DNA of 64,000 nucleotides from Chiloscyllium plagiosum (lineage: Eukaryota), in NCBI RefSeq assembly GCF_004010195.1, contig NC_057759.1, forward strand, positions 1,409,212-1,473,211, read 5' to 3'. Below the pieces are notes generated by a model. That model saw only the letters and a program-made list of their open reading frames with translations. It made no database searches and was not told the origin of the DNA. Position 1 is the first letter of the stretch; the number at the start of each line of letters is the position of its first letter. Position numbers and translations under genes: made by a program. This document shows positions 26,111 to 39,539 of this stretch, piece after piece.

Positions 26111-26489
26111 GTGAGTAAACGATTGAACAATAGTTTGTGCATTTGAATATAATTAACCAATTTAGTTTCTCACTGAAATGTACGAGCTTTAGCTATTTAT
26201 GAATAACTTAGAAATAACAATAATTCGATACGAACTTTGAATATAAATCTTAATAAATGATTCGTGTAATTAAATTGCATTTGTTACGAAGTCAAAGCCT
26301 GTATGTTCACTTTAAAATAGAGATTGCTTTCTGAATATTGAAGTAAACTAAAGTGCAATGTCAGGTGCACGAATGGAAAGGCTGCAAAATGGCTGTTCCA
26401 AAATACATATAAGTAACAATTGGCTGTTAATTGGATACCTGAATTTTGTTCGCTGTTTTGGCAACAATTCAAGTTTAACTAATTTGTTC

Positions 26490-27640
26490 AAATTATGCTC
26501 GGGATATTAAAACGCAATCGAGTTTAAATTCATTGTTTTGCCACTATCGGAACAATGATAGGAATGATTTGGGAGGTGGTTCGGTGGTATATAATTTGAG
26601 GGCATTTTGAAAACTGGTCAAAGCAAATGCCACTGAACAAAAGAGCAACTGTTGTTTAGCCGAAGAGCTAACCGCCCATCTAAAATCTTGCCCTCAAAGA
26701 AATGAGAAAGTACTCCATCAAAAATGTCCTTTTTCCTTAAAACAAACTCGCAGTAAAATGAAAGAATAGAACCCAGGGAGATCAGCAGACAGAGTACTGA
26801 AGAGAATGGAGAAGGCAGAAACTGTATGGATATGAGATTAAGTTAGTGTAATGTTTAATGTGTGTTTTATTGGAACAACATGCCAATAGGACTGTGTTCA
26901 GTTAGGGGAAGGAGTGTTCAGTTTGTTAATAGTTTTGTTTCATGCTGTATTAGGAAACAGATTGTTACTTTTCTTTATGTAATGCAAATTAGGAGTTCCC
27001 TTTCACTTCCTCACATGTTTAACCGATTACGAGGCAAGGCGAGCTTATCTGAGCGCTTGGTTTGAATTAAAAGAGAGGTTCAACCTCTACGTTGTAACAG
27101 GTTAGGACTCGTCTGGAATTTGGTACGAAAGATACCAGCAGTTTTAAACCCTGTTGATTAGTGTCCTAGACATTCCAATGAAATATAGGTGAAAAAATGT
27201 TTAATTTCGGTTACTTGTGGTTGGTTAAATTAAAAGTGACGGAAATAGCTGTTAACATTGCTGAAGTTATTTTGGGGATTGAAGACGCTTCCTAAATTTG
27301 CTAAGGAAGTTTAGAAAGAGGAAGGATTTTTTTTTAGAGTTAACAAACAGTTTTAGAATCAGTTTAAAACTGATGAAAGGACCTTTGAAAATACAATGGA
27401 CTTGATCTGACACTTAGTTATATGAAAGAAGCAGAAACGTTCAGAGGAGTTAGAAAAAAATTAAATTCTAATGACACAACTAGATATGGAAGGAAAAGAA
27501 ACGAAAATAAGGTTCTTAACTGAGCAAAAAGACAGAGCGAGATAACTTGAACTTCAGAAGGTGCGAATTAGTCAGGAAAGTCACGTTAACAGGATGGAGA
27601 TGAAGGGAGAATGTAGGGATTTATGCAATTTTGTTAAAAG
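26490..27640 (+). mobile_element. Gypsy-like 5' LTR, degenerate PBS and gag remnant
   Basis: LTR ends tgtaaca (27099), then taggactcgtctggaat resembling the tRNA-Pro PBS TGGGGGCTCGTCCGGGAT, then purine-rich coiled-coil-like gag remnant; LTR start uncertain. Confidence 0.55.
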
Positions 27641-27644
27641 TTTT

Positions 27645-28215
27645 GAGAAGTTTTGTAGCTCAGGTTGAGGTTCAGGATGTACGTTTGTTCGATCAGCTAA
27701 AAGGTACTTTTTTCAAATGTTTTCCCACCATATTAGGTATCATCATAAGCAAGCCTCCAATACAGTGCTAGTGTTCTATCCTGCTTTCTATTTATGTGTC
27801 TATGTTTCATTGGATTGGTGATGTCATTTTCTGTGTTGGTTATATCATTTCCAGTTTCTTTCTCTCAGAGGGTGGTAGATGGGGTCCACATTGACCCCAT
27901 CGAAGTTTCAGACAAAAGGCCTTCATCAAGAATGAGGCGGGGAGCCTCGGGGTGGAGAGATAAATGGGAGGGGAGTGGGTCTGGGAGGAAGGTAGCTGAG
28001 AGTGCAATAGGTGGGTGGAGGTTGGGGTAATGGTGATAGGTCGGAGAGGAAGGGGGAGTAGATAGGTGGAAAGGGAGATGGACATGTAGGACAGGCGGTG
28101 CTGAGCTGGAAGGTTGGAAATGGGATAAGATGGGGAGGGAAAATGAGGAAACTGATGAAATACACGTTATGCCATGGGTTGGAGGGCCCCGAGGTGGAAG
28201 ATGAGGCTTTCCTGA
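27645..28215 (-). mobile_element. Two Penelope-like terminal fragments
   Basis: 27645-27890 resembles 6330-6520; 27900-28215 has a degenerate HHR motif and purine-rich Penelope 3' region. Confidence 0.65.
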
Positions 28216-28921
28216 GTGTGGTTAGGTTCCGTGATCGTTAGCACAGCAGCAAAGCATGGATCGGGTAACAGGCCATTGTTGTGGGAACAGAATGCAGACA
28301 GATTGACAAGCAATTGGACCTTATATTTTGTTGTGAGAGTCCAATTCTGCTGGTAGGTTCAGGTGCAACTTTATAATACTATAACTTTGTTACAGCCTCA
28401 GATTTTGGTAGCAATATTTGAGGGGGCTTGTTCAATCTCATAGTTTCCAGTGAGGATCCATGTTCCTGCGGGATTGGGGGGGTGGCGGGGTGGGGATGGG
28501 GTTCAGCTCACCTTTATTGCAGCTTTATTTTTTGCACACCGTCGTTTCTCCAGAACGGGCAATCCCCTCGTGGAACTGACCCTTCCCGATTCTCCCCCAG
28601 CCCAATTCTAGTACAGTGTATGGGGCAAGGGACATTGTGTAAACGTTTTTCCCTTCATTCCCCTCTTCTGTCTCAGAGATGAGCTCATTGACACCTGCAC
28701 ATTACTGAAAGGGATAGATAGGCTGGTAGCAGCGCAGGTGTTCCACTCTGGTTGGGAGGTCTAGTCTAGGTAGTGTTATGGGATGGGGGATGGGGTGTTG
28801 CCATTTAGAAAAAACAAAATAAAATAAAGAACTGCTGATGCTGAAAGTCTGAAGCAACATGGAAAGTTTTGGGAATGTGTCGAGAAAAGGCAGTGTTTTC
28901 TTTCATCTAGGGACGGTTCTT

Positions 28922-29560
28922 TGTTAACTTAGAGGAAGTTCAGTCACACAGTCATATGGATACAACAAGGAAATTGAAACTTCTGCCTTACTCATGTACA
29001 CTGATTGGTTGGGGGTGGAATGATCAAATGCTTTACATAACACCCAGAAGTTCACTTCACTCATCAAATATTTTACTGCAACTACACCGGAGGGGAGAAA
29101 CCCTCTCCAAGTCCAGAGAGGTGAGCCTGAACAAAGAAAAACATCCATTTTTATATATTTGTTTCCTCTCACCTGTCGAGCACATTGATAATTGCGTGAT
29201 TAAGCTACAGCACAACAAGGGCTGCAGTTACAAATGCTGTTGCAAAGACCTGACTTGCAAAGGCGATTGAAAATTGTTTTGGAGCTCACATGAGACACAT
29301 ATGCGATAAACAGCCTTTTGCTTAGACCTTGGGCCTGATTAGTTTCCCTCATTTGAGGAAGAGCTTGCGAGTAAGTAGACAAACAGAATACACTGACTGC
29401 TTTTTGCGGTTTCTTGGAGGATCAAGGAAAACAAATGTGTAATTAAAGCTATTGCTGCAGAGGTCTCAACTTGCAGGTATGTAGTCTATATATAAGAAGA
29501 AATAAAGCCGAATTTCTTAAAAGATCGCAGGCTCATTCTTTCGTTCGAAGGAACCCAACA
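28922..29560 (+). mobile_element. 5' LTR of an ERV-like element
   Basis: TGTT...AACA termini, TATA-like and AATAAA motifs near the 3' end, PBS 3 bp downstream; 5' boundary less certain. Confidence 0.7.
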
Positions 29561-29563
29561 ATT

Positions 29564-29576
29564 TGGCGTAGTCGGC
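29564..29576 (+). promoter_or_regulatory. Primer-binding site complementary to tRNA-Ser
   Basis: TGGCGTAGTCGGC equals the first 13 nt of the reverse complement of the vertebrate tRNA-Ser 3' end (...GCCGACTACGCCA). Confidence 0.8.
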
Positions 29577-30230
29577 TGTTTAAATGTCTTCAGGTGATAG
29601 TGAAAACCCAGATCCACTACGTCTGACACAGTTTGTAACTTGTCCACGATCTCGCACTTGAACCCATTTTACTTACAAACATCTGTACTTGTCGGACCAA
29701 ACATCAAATCTGTACCTACCCCGACTCGAGGGATATGACTAGCCAATGACCCAAGACCCATTGATGAGTGGAATACGGCTCGTGGTCTCCTAACTGACAT
29801 CAGAAACCTGCAAAGTGTGTGAACTCTGGCCTGTGGCTCATTGAGTCCATGCAACTTTCCAGATACAATGTCTCAATCTAAATTACCGACAGCAGATAAA
29901 ATAGGGTAGGCTTTCACCTGATATTTCTAAAGGAAGTTCTCCAAAAATTAAAGGAATACATTGCACAACAACTTGATCTTCCAAAAGCTTTATCATAAGT
30001 CTATGAGAAGAATGAAATCCCCAAGCACTAATGGTCCCTGGATGATATTTGGGGTAAAACCATCTGATAAAAAATGCATTCGCTGATAATGCAACAAATT
30101 GGACAGTGACAAGAGATCATAGCCAAATACAGTCATGATCAGGAAATTAATATTCTAAAGGAAGAATTGAAAATTGTTTGCGAAGACCTTAAAATGATAA
30201 AACAAACATTGACTGAAAAGGGAAAGTTCT

Positions 30231-31035
30231 AGTAATGAAAAATCCTTCACCCTTACCATATCTGAGTACTCGATTACCTACAGACTCTGGGACACTGCAA
30301 GACCTGGATAAGGTGTGGGTCTTGGGAAATGAGGGAAACTAATCAGGTCCTAGTTCGAGTGAGTCTGGAGAAGATTACTGGCCATTTATTTAACGCCAGT
30401 ACAGTGCAGAAGCCAAAAGGAAAAGAAAAACAGAGGGCAAGAAGGGTTGTGTTAAATATGAAAAAAAAAAAAGGCAAACCATAATCCTCCCAAACCTCAA
30501 ACTGGTGGAAAGATGATCCCTCATCCTAAAGGTACATTGCCAAAAATGCAATGAGATAATCAACAAGATAAGTCATAACAAGGAAAAAAACAGAGCTGAA
30601 AGGCCAATCAAATGTTGTTTGCGAGATATTCTCAAGTAATGAAAAATCCTTCATGCTTACCATATCTGAGTACTCGATTACCTACAAACTCTGGGACACT
30701 GCAAGACCTGGATAAGGTGTGGGTCCTGGGAAATGAGGGAAACTAATCAGGTCCTAGTTCCAGTGAGTCTGGAGAAGATTACTGGCCATTTATTTAACGC
30801 CAGTACAGTGCAGAAGCCAAAAGGAAAAGAAAAACAGAGGGCAAGAAGGGTTGTGTTAAATATGAAAAAAAAAAAAGGCAAACCATAATCCTCCCAAACC
30901 TCAAACTGGTGGAAAGATGATCCCTCATCCTAAAGGTACATTGCCAAAAATGCAATGAGATAATCAACAAGATAAGTCATAACAAGGAAAAAAACAGAGC
31001 TGAAAGGCCAATCAAATGTTGTTTGCGAGATATTC
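30231..31035 (+). repeat. Near-perfect 404-bp tandem duplication
   Basis: 30231-30634 is repeated at 30635-31035 with only a few differences. Confidence 0.95.
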
Positions 31036-31274
31036 AAATGAACCAAAAAGAGGCAGGATAAACCAGAAGAAATCCCCCCCACAAAAGAATCGAGATTCCC
31101 CAAGCAGCCGCTCCTAACTCTGCCATCCAGGATCCTAGTTGAAGACCTCAGTACTCTTCACTAAGCTAGTTAGAAAGTGAAATACGAGACAGAGAGAGAG
31201 AAAACTGAATCCTCCACTGAATTCAGAGATGACGAGGAGCCCTGATCAGTCCCCTTACTGGCCAAGCAACACAA

Positions 31275-33530
31275 AACACTAATGGTTTCAAGGCCCATCT
31301 TCCTAGCTTACTCCTCGCATTTGTGCAATCACTGGAAAACAAGATGGACTAACTCAGAACACGGTTCAGGTTCCAGTGTAAGGTGCAGGACTGCTGCGCA
31401 CTCTGCTTCACAGAAACCTGGTAAACCCATCCATTACCGACTGTGCACTTCAGGCTGATGGTTTTTCAATGCATCCTATGGACCGTACAGAGTCAAGTAC
31501 GACAAAAGTTAGAGGGGTTTGCTTTTAAATCAATAAGTTGTGGTGCACAGACATTGCAACCCTGGGCACCCACTGCTCCCCAAACCTTGAATTCCTTACC
31601 ATGAAATGCCACCCCTTCTACCAACCACGGTAATTTACCGCCGCCATACTTACTGCTGTGTACATACCGCCACAAGCAAAGGTTGAGGAAGCTCTCGATG
31701 TGCTGTACTCCATCACTAACGCCCTGGAGACGGAATACCCCGAGGCCCTGTTTATTGTAACTGGCGACTTCAATCAAGCCAATCTCAGGAAGGTGTTGCC
31801 CAATTAATATTAGAACATTACCGCCCACTCACCAGGAACCGAACATTTTAGACCACTGGTACACCTCTGTGAAAGATGCCTAACTCTGTCCCCCACCAAC
31901 ATTTCTGGAACTCCTTACACAATGCTATGTTTCATCTCCTGGCTTACAGGCAAAAGCTCAAGCAGAAGACCCTCTCACGGATGCAGCTCTAGTGCTGATC
32001 AGAGGAGGCATAGGATCAACTGCGGTGCAATCTGAAATCGACTGATTGGGATATGTTCAGGTACTTGGCACCAGTACGCCACCACTGTCACAGACTTTAT
32101 CAGCAAATGTAAGGAGGGCTGCATACCAAGGAAGTCAATTTGGGTGTTCCCTAACAGGAAACCCTGAGTGAATCAGGGCATACAGAACCTGCTAAAAACC
32201 AGGCGTGAGTCTTCAGATCAGGAGACACACTCAAATATAAGGAATCCAAGCATGGCATTCGCAGAACCCTTAAGACAGCCAAGGACCAATACTGGTCCAA
32301 ACTAGGGGACCCAACAGACATTTGGAGACTATGTCAAGGACTGAATGACATCCCAGGTTCTAAAGAGAGACAGTGCTAGGTAGCAGACGATGACACATCT
32401 TTCCAAAGATCGTCTCAATGCTCGCTTTGAGCAGAATTTCGGCAGAGTGGTAACACCTATACTGACAAGTCCTGACGAACGTATCTCAACAGCAACTTCT
32501 TCAGAGGTCAAATCAGAAAGCGATGGGACCAGATGGAGTACCAGCACGTGCACTCTGAGCATGCGCAGATCAACTGGCAGCGGTCTTCATGGACATCTTT
32601 AACCTCTCCCTGCAGCAAACCACTGTTCCTGCCTGTTTCAAGAGGGCCATCATAATCCTGTGCCTAAGGCTCATGCAATATTCCTCAATGTCTACTGCCT
32701 ACTGGCCCTAACTTCAGCGGTCATGAAATGCTTTGAAAGGCTGGTCATGGCACTAATCAACTCCAGCCTCCCCACTACTCTTGACCCACTCCAATTTGCC
32801 TATCAGATCAAAACAGCCCCGTTAGAAGACTCCTCCCTAGAACATCATGACACCAAGAATAGCTATGTAAGAATGTTACTCATTGACTACAGTTAAGCAT
32901 TCAACACTTTTATTCCTTCAAAACCGATTACTGATCTAGGTGACCACAGACGAAGCCCCCTTTCTGCAACTTGATCCTTAGCTTCCTGACCCACAGGCTA
33001 TAATCAGTGAACAATTGGAAACATTATTTCATCCTCACTACACTCAGAATTCTGTCTGTATATATAACATTATCTCGTATGGCAACTGCACCATTCAAGA
33101 TCAGAGAGGAGTTCAGAGAGTGGTGAACTCGGCCTGGACAGTCACAAACGCAAAACTCTCATCCATAGAATCCATCTACCAGTTCCGCGAACAAGGAAAT
33201 ACAGCCACCATACTCAAAAGTCCATCTAACGCTGACAGTGCTTTTCTACAACCTTTGCCATTGGGGAGAAGTTACAGGAGCCTGAACACACGCACAAGCT
33301 GGTTTCAAATCAGCTTCTATCTTTCTGTTGTTTGAATACTTAATGGACTCACAAACTCTTAGCATTCGCCTGTACCTGTGTTTTTGTTTTGCCGCCATTT
33401 ACCTATTATAGGGTATTTAATTATCTATGTTGTTCAACTATGTGATCTTCCCGTATTGCTCGCAAGACAAAGCTTTTCACTGTGCCTTGGTACACGTGAA
33501 AATAAATTCAACTCAATTTAATTCAATTCA
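31275..33530 (+). mobile_element. Rex1/Babar LINE with internal deletions
   Basis: LPSLLLAFVQSLENK, EALFIVTGDFNQANL (APE), [13 protein letters not shown]...LDPLQFAY, YVRMLLIDYS (RT), (TTCAA)n tail. Confidence 0.9.
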
Positions 33531-33819
33531 AATCCAGTCCCAGCAAAACAAAAAATAAAAATTGGAGGAGGGATGAATACAGATACAAACGACCCAGACG
33601 ATATGGACATGACCTCGCGCTGTCAAAGATGGGAGATAAATAGTCCAAGGAATTAACCCTCCCCATGACGAAAGCGGAGGCTTAAGTACCTGGGAGAAAT
33701 TGGAATGGTTGCAAAGTCAAAATAATCCGAAAGAGAGAGACCAACTTTCTGAGATGCAATCCTGAAAAACAAAAGTTTTCGCACAGTTATTGTTGTGCAG
33801 GTGGAAACACAGAAACATG

Positions 33820-34910
33820 GAAGAGCAGCCTACCCAGCTAGGTATCATGATCCTGGCTGATCGTCAAATTCTAACGCCAAATCTTGCTTTCTCCTCACAA
33901 CCTTTGATCTCATTCACCTTAATTGCTCTATGTTGCCGACTCTTCAATGCATTCAATGTTTTGGCGTCAACTGCATCCTTTAGTAATAAATTCTAGTCTC
34001 ACCACGCTTTTGTTGGATAAATAGCTCCTCATCTCTTTCTTAAATCGTCCACCCAGAATCCTCAGACTGTAACTCCTGGTTCTGGATGCTCCCACCATTA
34101 GAAACATTCTCCCTGCATCTACTCTGTCTCGGAAGTGTCTTTAAGATCACCTTCCCCAACTCGTCTGAATTAAAGTGGAAACAATTCTAACCTATTCAGT
34201 CTCTTCTCATGCATCAGTTCCGCCTTCCCCAGAATCAGTCTGGTAAACCCTAGCTGCACTGCTTTGAGGGCAAGAGCATTCTTCCTCAGAAAAGGAGATC
34301 AAAACTACCCACAATATTTTAGGTGTGGCCTTACATTGCCCCTCTATAATTGCAACAACACATCCCTGCTCCTGTACTTGAAATCTCTCGCAATGAAGGC
34401 CAACATACCATTTGGCCTTCTCCGCTACATATGAACCTCAACCCCGTCTATTTCAGTAGCCTGTATCTCAATTTTCTCCTCGACAAAAATGTATTTTTCC
34501 ATTGTGAATACTGACGAAATATACTCACTTAGCGCTTCTCCCATCTCCTCTGAAACCACACGCAACTTCCCACTACTGTCCTTGATTGGTCCTAATCTTA
34601 CTGTGGTCATCCTTTTATTCCTGACTTAGTTATGAAATCTTCAGGGTTTTCCTTGATCCTAGCTGCTAACCAATTCTCGTGTATCATCCTGGCTCTTCTG
34701 AGCTCTCTTTTTAGATCAGTTCTGGCTAAATTGTAACTCTCAAGTGCCCTAACTGCGCCTTCACGTCTCATCCTTACATATGACGTCTTCTTTCTCTTGA
34801 CATGAGATTCAACTTCTTTAGTAAACCACGGCTCCCTCACTCGACCACTTTCTCCCTGCCTGACAGGTACATACTTGCCAGGGAGACGCAGCAGCAGTTC
34901 TTTGAATAAG
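33820..34910 (-). mobile_element. CR1 fragments (3' end 33820-34425; ORF2 tether region 34426-34910)
   Basis: Minus ORFs REPWFTKEVE...RIKENP and GPIKDSSGKL...EYISSVFT. Confidence 0.85.
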
Positions 34911-36145
34911 GTAAAAACAAGGACTGCAGATGCTGGAAATCAGAGTCTAGATTAGAGTGGTGCTGGAAAAGCACAGTAGGTCAGACGTCATGAAGTTGGT
35001 GAAGTTGCTGATTTGCTCAACCTCCTCGCAGGAGCACGAGTTGGCCTCAATGCAGTCATCAACGAAGCAGAGGAAGAGGTGGGGAGTGGTGCTGATGTAA
35101 CGACAGAAGATGGACTGTTCTATGTAGCCAACAAAGAGACAGGCATAGCTGGGCCCCATACGGGTGCCCATGGCTACCCCTTTGGTCTGGAGGAAGTGGG
35201 AGGATTCGAAGGAAAAATTGTTAAGGGTGAGGACAATTTCAGCAAAACGAATGAGAGTGTCGGTGGAAGGGTACTGCTGGGGACGTCAGGAGAGGAAGAA
35301 ACGGAGGGCTTGGAGGCCCTGGTCATGGCGGATGGAGATGTAGAGGGAGTGGATATTCATGGTGAAAATGAGGCGTTAGGGGCTGGGGAAACGGAAGCCT
35401 TGGAGGAGATGGAGGGCGTGGGTGGTGTTTCTAACGTATGTAGGGAGTTTCTGGACTAGGGGGATAGGACAGTGTCAAGGTATGTATAGATGAGTTGAGT
35501 GGGGCAGGAGCATGCTGAGACAATGGGTCGGCCGGGGTGGTCAGGCTTGTGGATCTTGTGAATGAGGTAGTATCAGGTGGTGTGGGATTCCCGGACAGGT
35601 TGGAAACTGTGGGTGGGAGATCTCCTGAGGTGATGAAGTTCTGTATGGTCTGGGAGATGATGGTTTGGTGATGGGGGGGTGAGGTCATGGTCGAGGGTGC
35701 GGTCGGTGGAGGTGCCTTCGGGTTGGCGTCGGGATTCAGCTATGTAAAGGTCAGTGCGCCAAACTACCACTGCACCCCCTTTATCTGCTGGTTTTATGGT
35801 GAGGTTGGGATTGGAGCAGAGGGAGTGGAGGGCTGCGCGTTGTGAGGGTGAGAAGTTGGAGTAGGGGGGTGTAGACAGGTTGAGGTGGTTAATATCTCGG
35901 CAGTAGTTGGAAATGAAGAGATCGAGGGCAGGTAATAGGCCAGCGCGGGGTGTCCAGGTGGATAGAGTGCGTTCAAGGCAGGCAAAGGGTCCTCGGAAAG
36001 TGGGCGGGAGTCTTGATTGTAAAAGTAAGCACGGAGGCAGAGGCGGCGGAAGAAGTGTTCAACGTCACGGTGTGTATTAAATTCATTGATGTGTGGACGG
36101 AGGGGGATAAAGGTGAGGCCATTGCTGAGGATGATCGTTCATCAG
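34911..36145 (-). mobile_element. Penelope-like element (RT region) nested in CR1
   Basis: MGTRMGPSYACLFVGYIEQ...FVDDCI (Penelope RT) and AVVVWRTDLYIAE; terminal repeat at 34911-34985; candidate TAAG target duplication. Confidence 0.88.
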
Positions 36146-36305
36146 TAAGCTCCACATTTCAAGCGTGCCCATCTCTTCCAGTTTCCTTCCCCATCTAATA
36201 CATCCTAAATTTTGCCTAATCGTATCATAATTGCTTTTCCCCCAGCTGTAACTCTTGCCCTACGATATATTCCTATCACTTCCCATCGCTCAAGTAAACA
36301 TAACG
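36146..36305 (-). mobile_element. CR1 continuation beyond the Penelope insertion
   Basis: taagctccacatttc continues gaataag at 34904-34910. Confidence 0.75.
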
Positions 36306-36689
36306 ATCAGTGACTTTTAACTTATCCCTGGGAATTTGGAGACAGGCAATAAATCTTGCTCCCTCCAGTGACACCCATATCCCATGAATGGAAACAAATC
36401 TCAGTCAACACCCCATGCAAATCATAACTGATGGCTCATTTTTACTGTCTTCTTGAGTACTCTCATTTTCCACATTTTAAATCTGTTCTTTTCTTACCCA
36501 TTTATTTAATCTATCTCCAACTTATTGAACCAACTTTGTGAACTCCCCGTAATTAGTTGCCTCCACCAAGTTTGTAAAGAACAAAGCTTTTTACAATGCA
36601 CAAAGTTCATTTATCCAGCTCATAACATTAATTCTATTCATTACTTATCCTTGTGGCAGGCCACTTTGTACAGCTTGTCAATCTGATAA

Positions 36690-37350
36690 AGACCTAGATA
36701 GCCAATCATCATTCACATGGAAGAAAAGAGTCAAGACAGGTAACGGACTGCTGGCCTTTATATTGAGAGAACTGTAGTACAAGGCTGAGGAAGTTATGGT
36801 GCAGTTATACAACACCCTGGTTGGAACACACTTGGAGTAGATCCGGACAACACTTCTTGTGAAGGACAGATTGGCTTCGGGGTGGGGGTGTTGGAAGTAG
36901 AACATAGATTCACAAGAACGATTCTTGGATTTCAGGGTTTAAGGTATGATGAGAGATTAGAGAAATTGTGTATATTATCTCTAGAATAGCGAACGTTAAG
37001 GGATGACCTGTTTGAAGTCGTCAAAATATTAACAAGAAAAAAAAAGGATGGATTATTAGAAATTATTTCAATTGTTTGGAGATTCGTGAACTAAGGAGAA
37101 CATAGTCTGAGAATGAGCTCCAGACCATTCAGGGGAGATGTTAGATTGCCCTTCTCCACATAAATGGTAGTGCAGGTTTCGAACTCTCTTCCACAAACAG
37201 CAGTGGATGCTGGATCAGTTATTCGTTTTCAATCAGAGAGATATATTTTTGTTAGACATTTCCCATATGGAGTTATGCTACAGATCAGCCAAGATCTCAT
37301 TGAATGGTAGAAGGTTCAAGGGGCTGAATGGTCTACTCCTGTCTTCCACA
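36690..37350 (+). mobile_element. CR1 3' fragment
   Basis: LYNTLVGTHLE-like motif and 3' UTR gggctgaatggtctactcctg. Confidence 0.75.
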
Positions 37351-37459
37351 TTTCCTGATTCCTAAATAACGGTTTGGGCATTAGGGGAGAGAGAAAGAGA
37401 TGCTAAAGACGTAGAGATGCTAAAAAAAGACAAGGAGCTTTGGATAACAGAAAATTGAT

Positions 37460-37930
37460 CCAAAATCAGAAAGTGCTGGGAAACCTCTGCAAGTCTAGCA
37501 GCGTCTATAGAAATCGAAAGCAGAGTTAACATTTCCAGTCGAGTAGCCCTCCTTCAGAACGGAAGATTTAAAGACAGTGCCAAATAAAATAACGAGCAAA
37601 GCAAAGGAATCGTTAACAGTTGTTGACAGGAAATGTTAAACCCCACCCGCAACACCTACAACAGTTATCTTCAGCACTGCCAATCCATTATTACCTCCTC
37701 CTTCTCCAGCCTATCCTCTTCTCTGGTTTCCTACTAACCAGCTGCTTGTCTGCCCATGCCATTTTCTCTCTTTCTGGGATCTCTCTCCATCGATTTTTCA
37801 CAAACTCCATTCCCCATTATGAGACACTTCTAGTTCTGTGGAAGGGTCATTCGATTTGAAACGTTAAAGCTTTCTGTCTCTCTACAGATCCTGCCAGAGT
37901 ATGAATTTCACAAGTCGAACTCCGATTTCT
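37460..37930. mobile_element. Short Penelope-derived element with inverted termini
   Basis: 37465-37560 and 37832-37915 are degenerate inverted copies, each with an HHR-like core. Confidence 0.55.
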
Positions 37931-38219
37931 GGACTATTAAAATTCTTAGCTTTACTTCAACCGACATCAAAGGTCTCTGTCTCTCTTTCCTTTTTAATGA
38001 TTCCTTTCAACTATTTCTATGTTTTTGTTATTTTAGTGTCCTGTACAATAAAAATAGATAGAAGAGGTCCACGCAGTTTGTCTTTCACTAATTTCATTAA
38101 TTCTTCATTAATTCCACAGATTCTCACATTACGGGGCAGAGTCTAAAAGTTAGAGTCAAACCATTCAGGGGAGATGTTGAGAAACATTTAATATAAAAAG
38201 AATGCTCATGGAATGTCGG

Positions 38220-38500
38220 TATTATGGCTGAGGCAACATTTACTTCCCAGCCCATGGTCAACCACATCACTGTTGTTCTGGGGTCACGTGTAGGCTTTAC
38301 AAATAAGGACAATAGATTTTCGTCCCTCAAGGGCATTCGTGAACCAGATCGATTTTTCCTGACAATCAGCATTAGTTTCATGATCACCATTGCACTCTTA
38401 ATTCCAGGTTATCACTGAATTCAATTTCTGCTGTCTGCCATGGAAGATTTGAACCCAGCTCCCCAGGATATTACCTGGGTCTCTGGATTAATAGTGTACC
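38220..38500 (-). mobile_element. tRNA-derived SINE (second family)
   Basis: Antisense of the 5277-type head (ctggattaatag, ttgaacccag) plus body. Confidence 0.6.
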
Positions 38501-39539
38501 TCAAATACGCATCATAATAAGTGTGGGAGAGATGTGAAACTGTCTTCCGCTAACCACAGTGGATACTGCATGAATTATTTGACTTACATCTGAGAGAGAG
38601 ACGTCTTTGTTAAGCAGACCTATTAAGGAGTGAGGCGCTAAAGGTAGGTCTATGGAGTTAGTTGACAGATTAGCCACAATTTCAATGACATCCCGCCTCG
38701 AGGCGTTGAATGAACTACTTTCATTCGCTGGCATTCTAACCTCTTCTGTTTATTTATATATTTGTTTAGGATGACATTGGTCTGTTTTACCGTATATTTC
38801 TTGTGTATCTTACATGGTTTTCACTTGTTCTGAACCCTTTCTGGTGTTTAATAGTTCCCAATTCTCTGGCATACATAAATCTTCGCCGCATTTGACTTTG
38901 TTGGAACAGATTTGATTTTTTAAAAAGATTGATATGAAAACCTTCACAAACAACTCTTTAAGCATAAACGAATATCTCAATGATATCTCTCTCGTACTCT
39001 AGCATAGTCTATCCTTTGAATGGACTCTAAACGGCTTGGGTGGGAAACGTTTGTAGTATTTCTAATCCTGACAATGCTCCTAATTGACATTGAGATTCAG
39101 TGAACCAGGAGCAAATTTCCACCACATGAGTTGACAGAGAAGGGAAATGGTGTGGTTGAATTAATTCACCGGTTGAGCTTCAGCAAAGAACATAGGAGAA
39201 GCAAACTTCAGTGGTGCAGTGCAGTTGAGGTGCAAAAGTAACGTTTTCACGTCTCTTCTCTGATGACTGAGGCATAGCCACTTTGATTCAAACTAAGGCA
39301 GCGCAAGTAACCCCCTCACCGTGGTCGTCGTGCACATCGGAATGCTTACCCTCCACATTGAGCAACATGGAAAGTGATTTTTTTTCAAGTGTACGCTGAT
39401 ATCTGTCCTGTTCGCCCTCTCGAAAGTTTTTTTTTTGTCTGTCTATCATAACCTCTTGCTTCCTGTCAATCCCTTTCTCATCAACTCCACACTTTTTTTT
39501 TTCTTTTGTCTATTCAGTCTCTCAATTTAAAGGAGAATG

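Larger units (their letters stand above)
29577..33790 (+). mobile_element. ERV-like internal region (gag remnant) interrupted by Rex1
   Basis: Broken A-rich coding from ATG 29868 (coiled-coil EINILKEELKIVCEDLKMIKQ); similar sequence resumes after the Rex1 tail at 33531 (LPHDESGGLSTWEKLEWLQ). Confidence 0.55.

Noticed and set aside
35013..35459. 148-aa acidic ORF
   Set aside because: Antisense of the Penelope RT coding strand.
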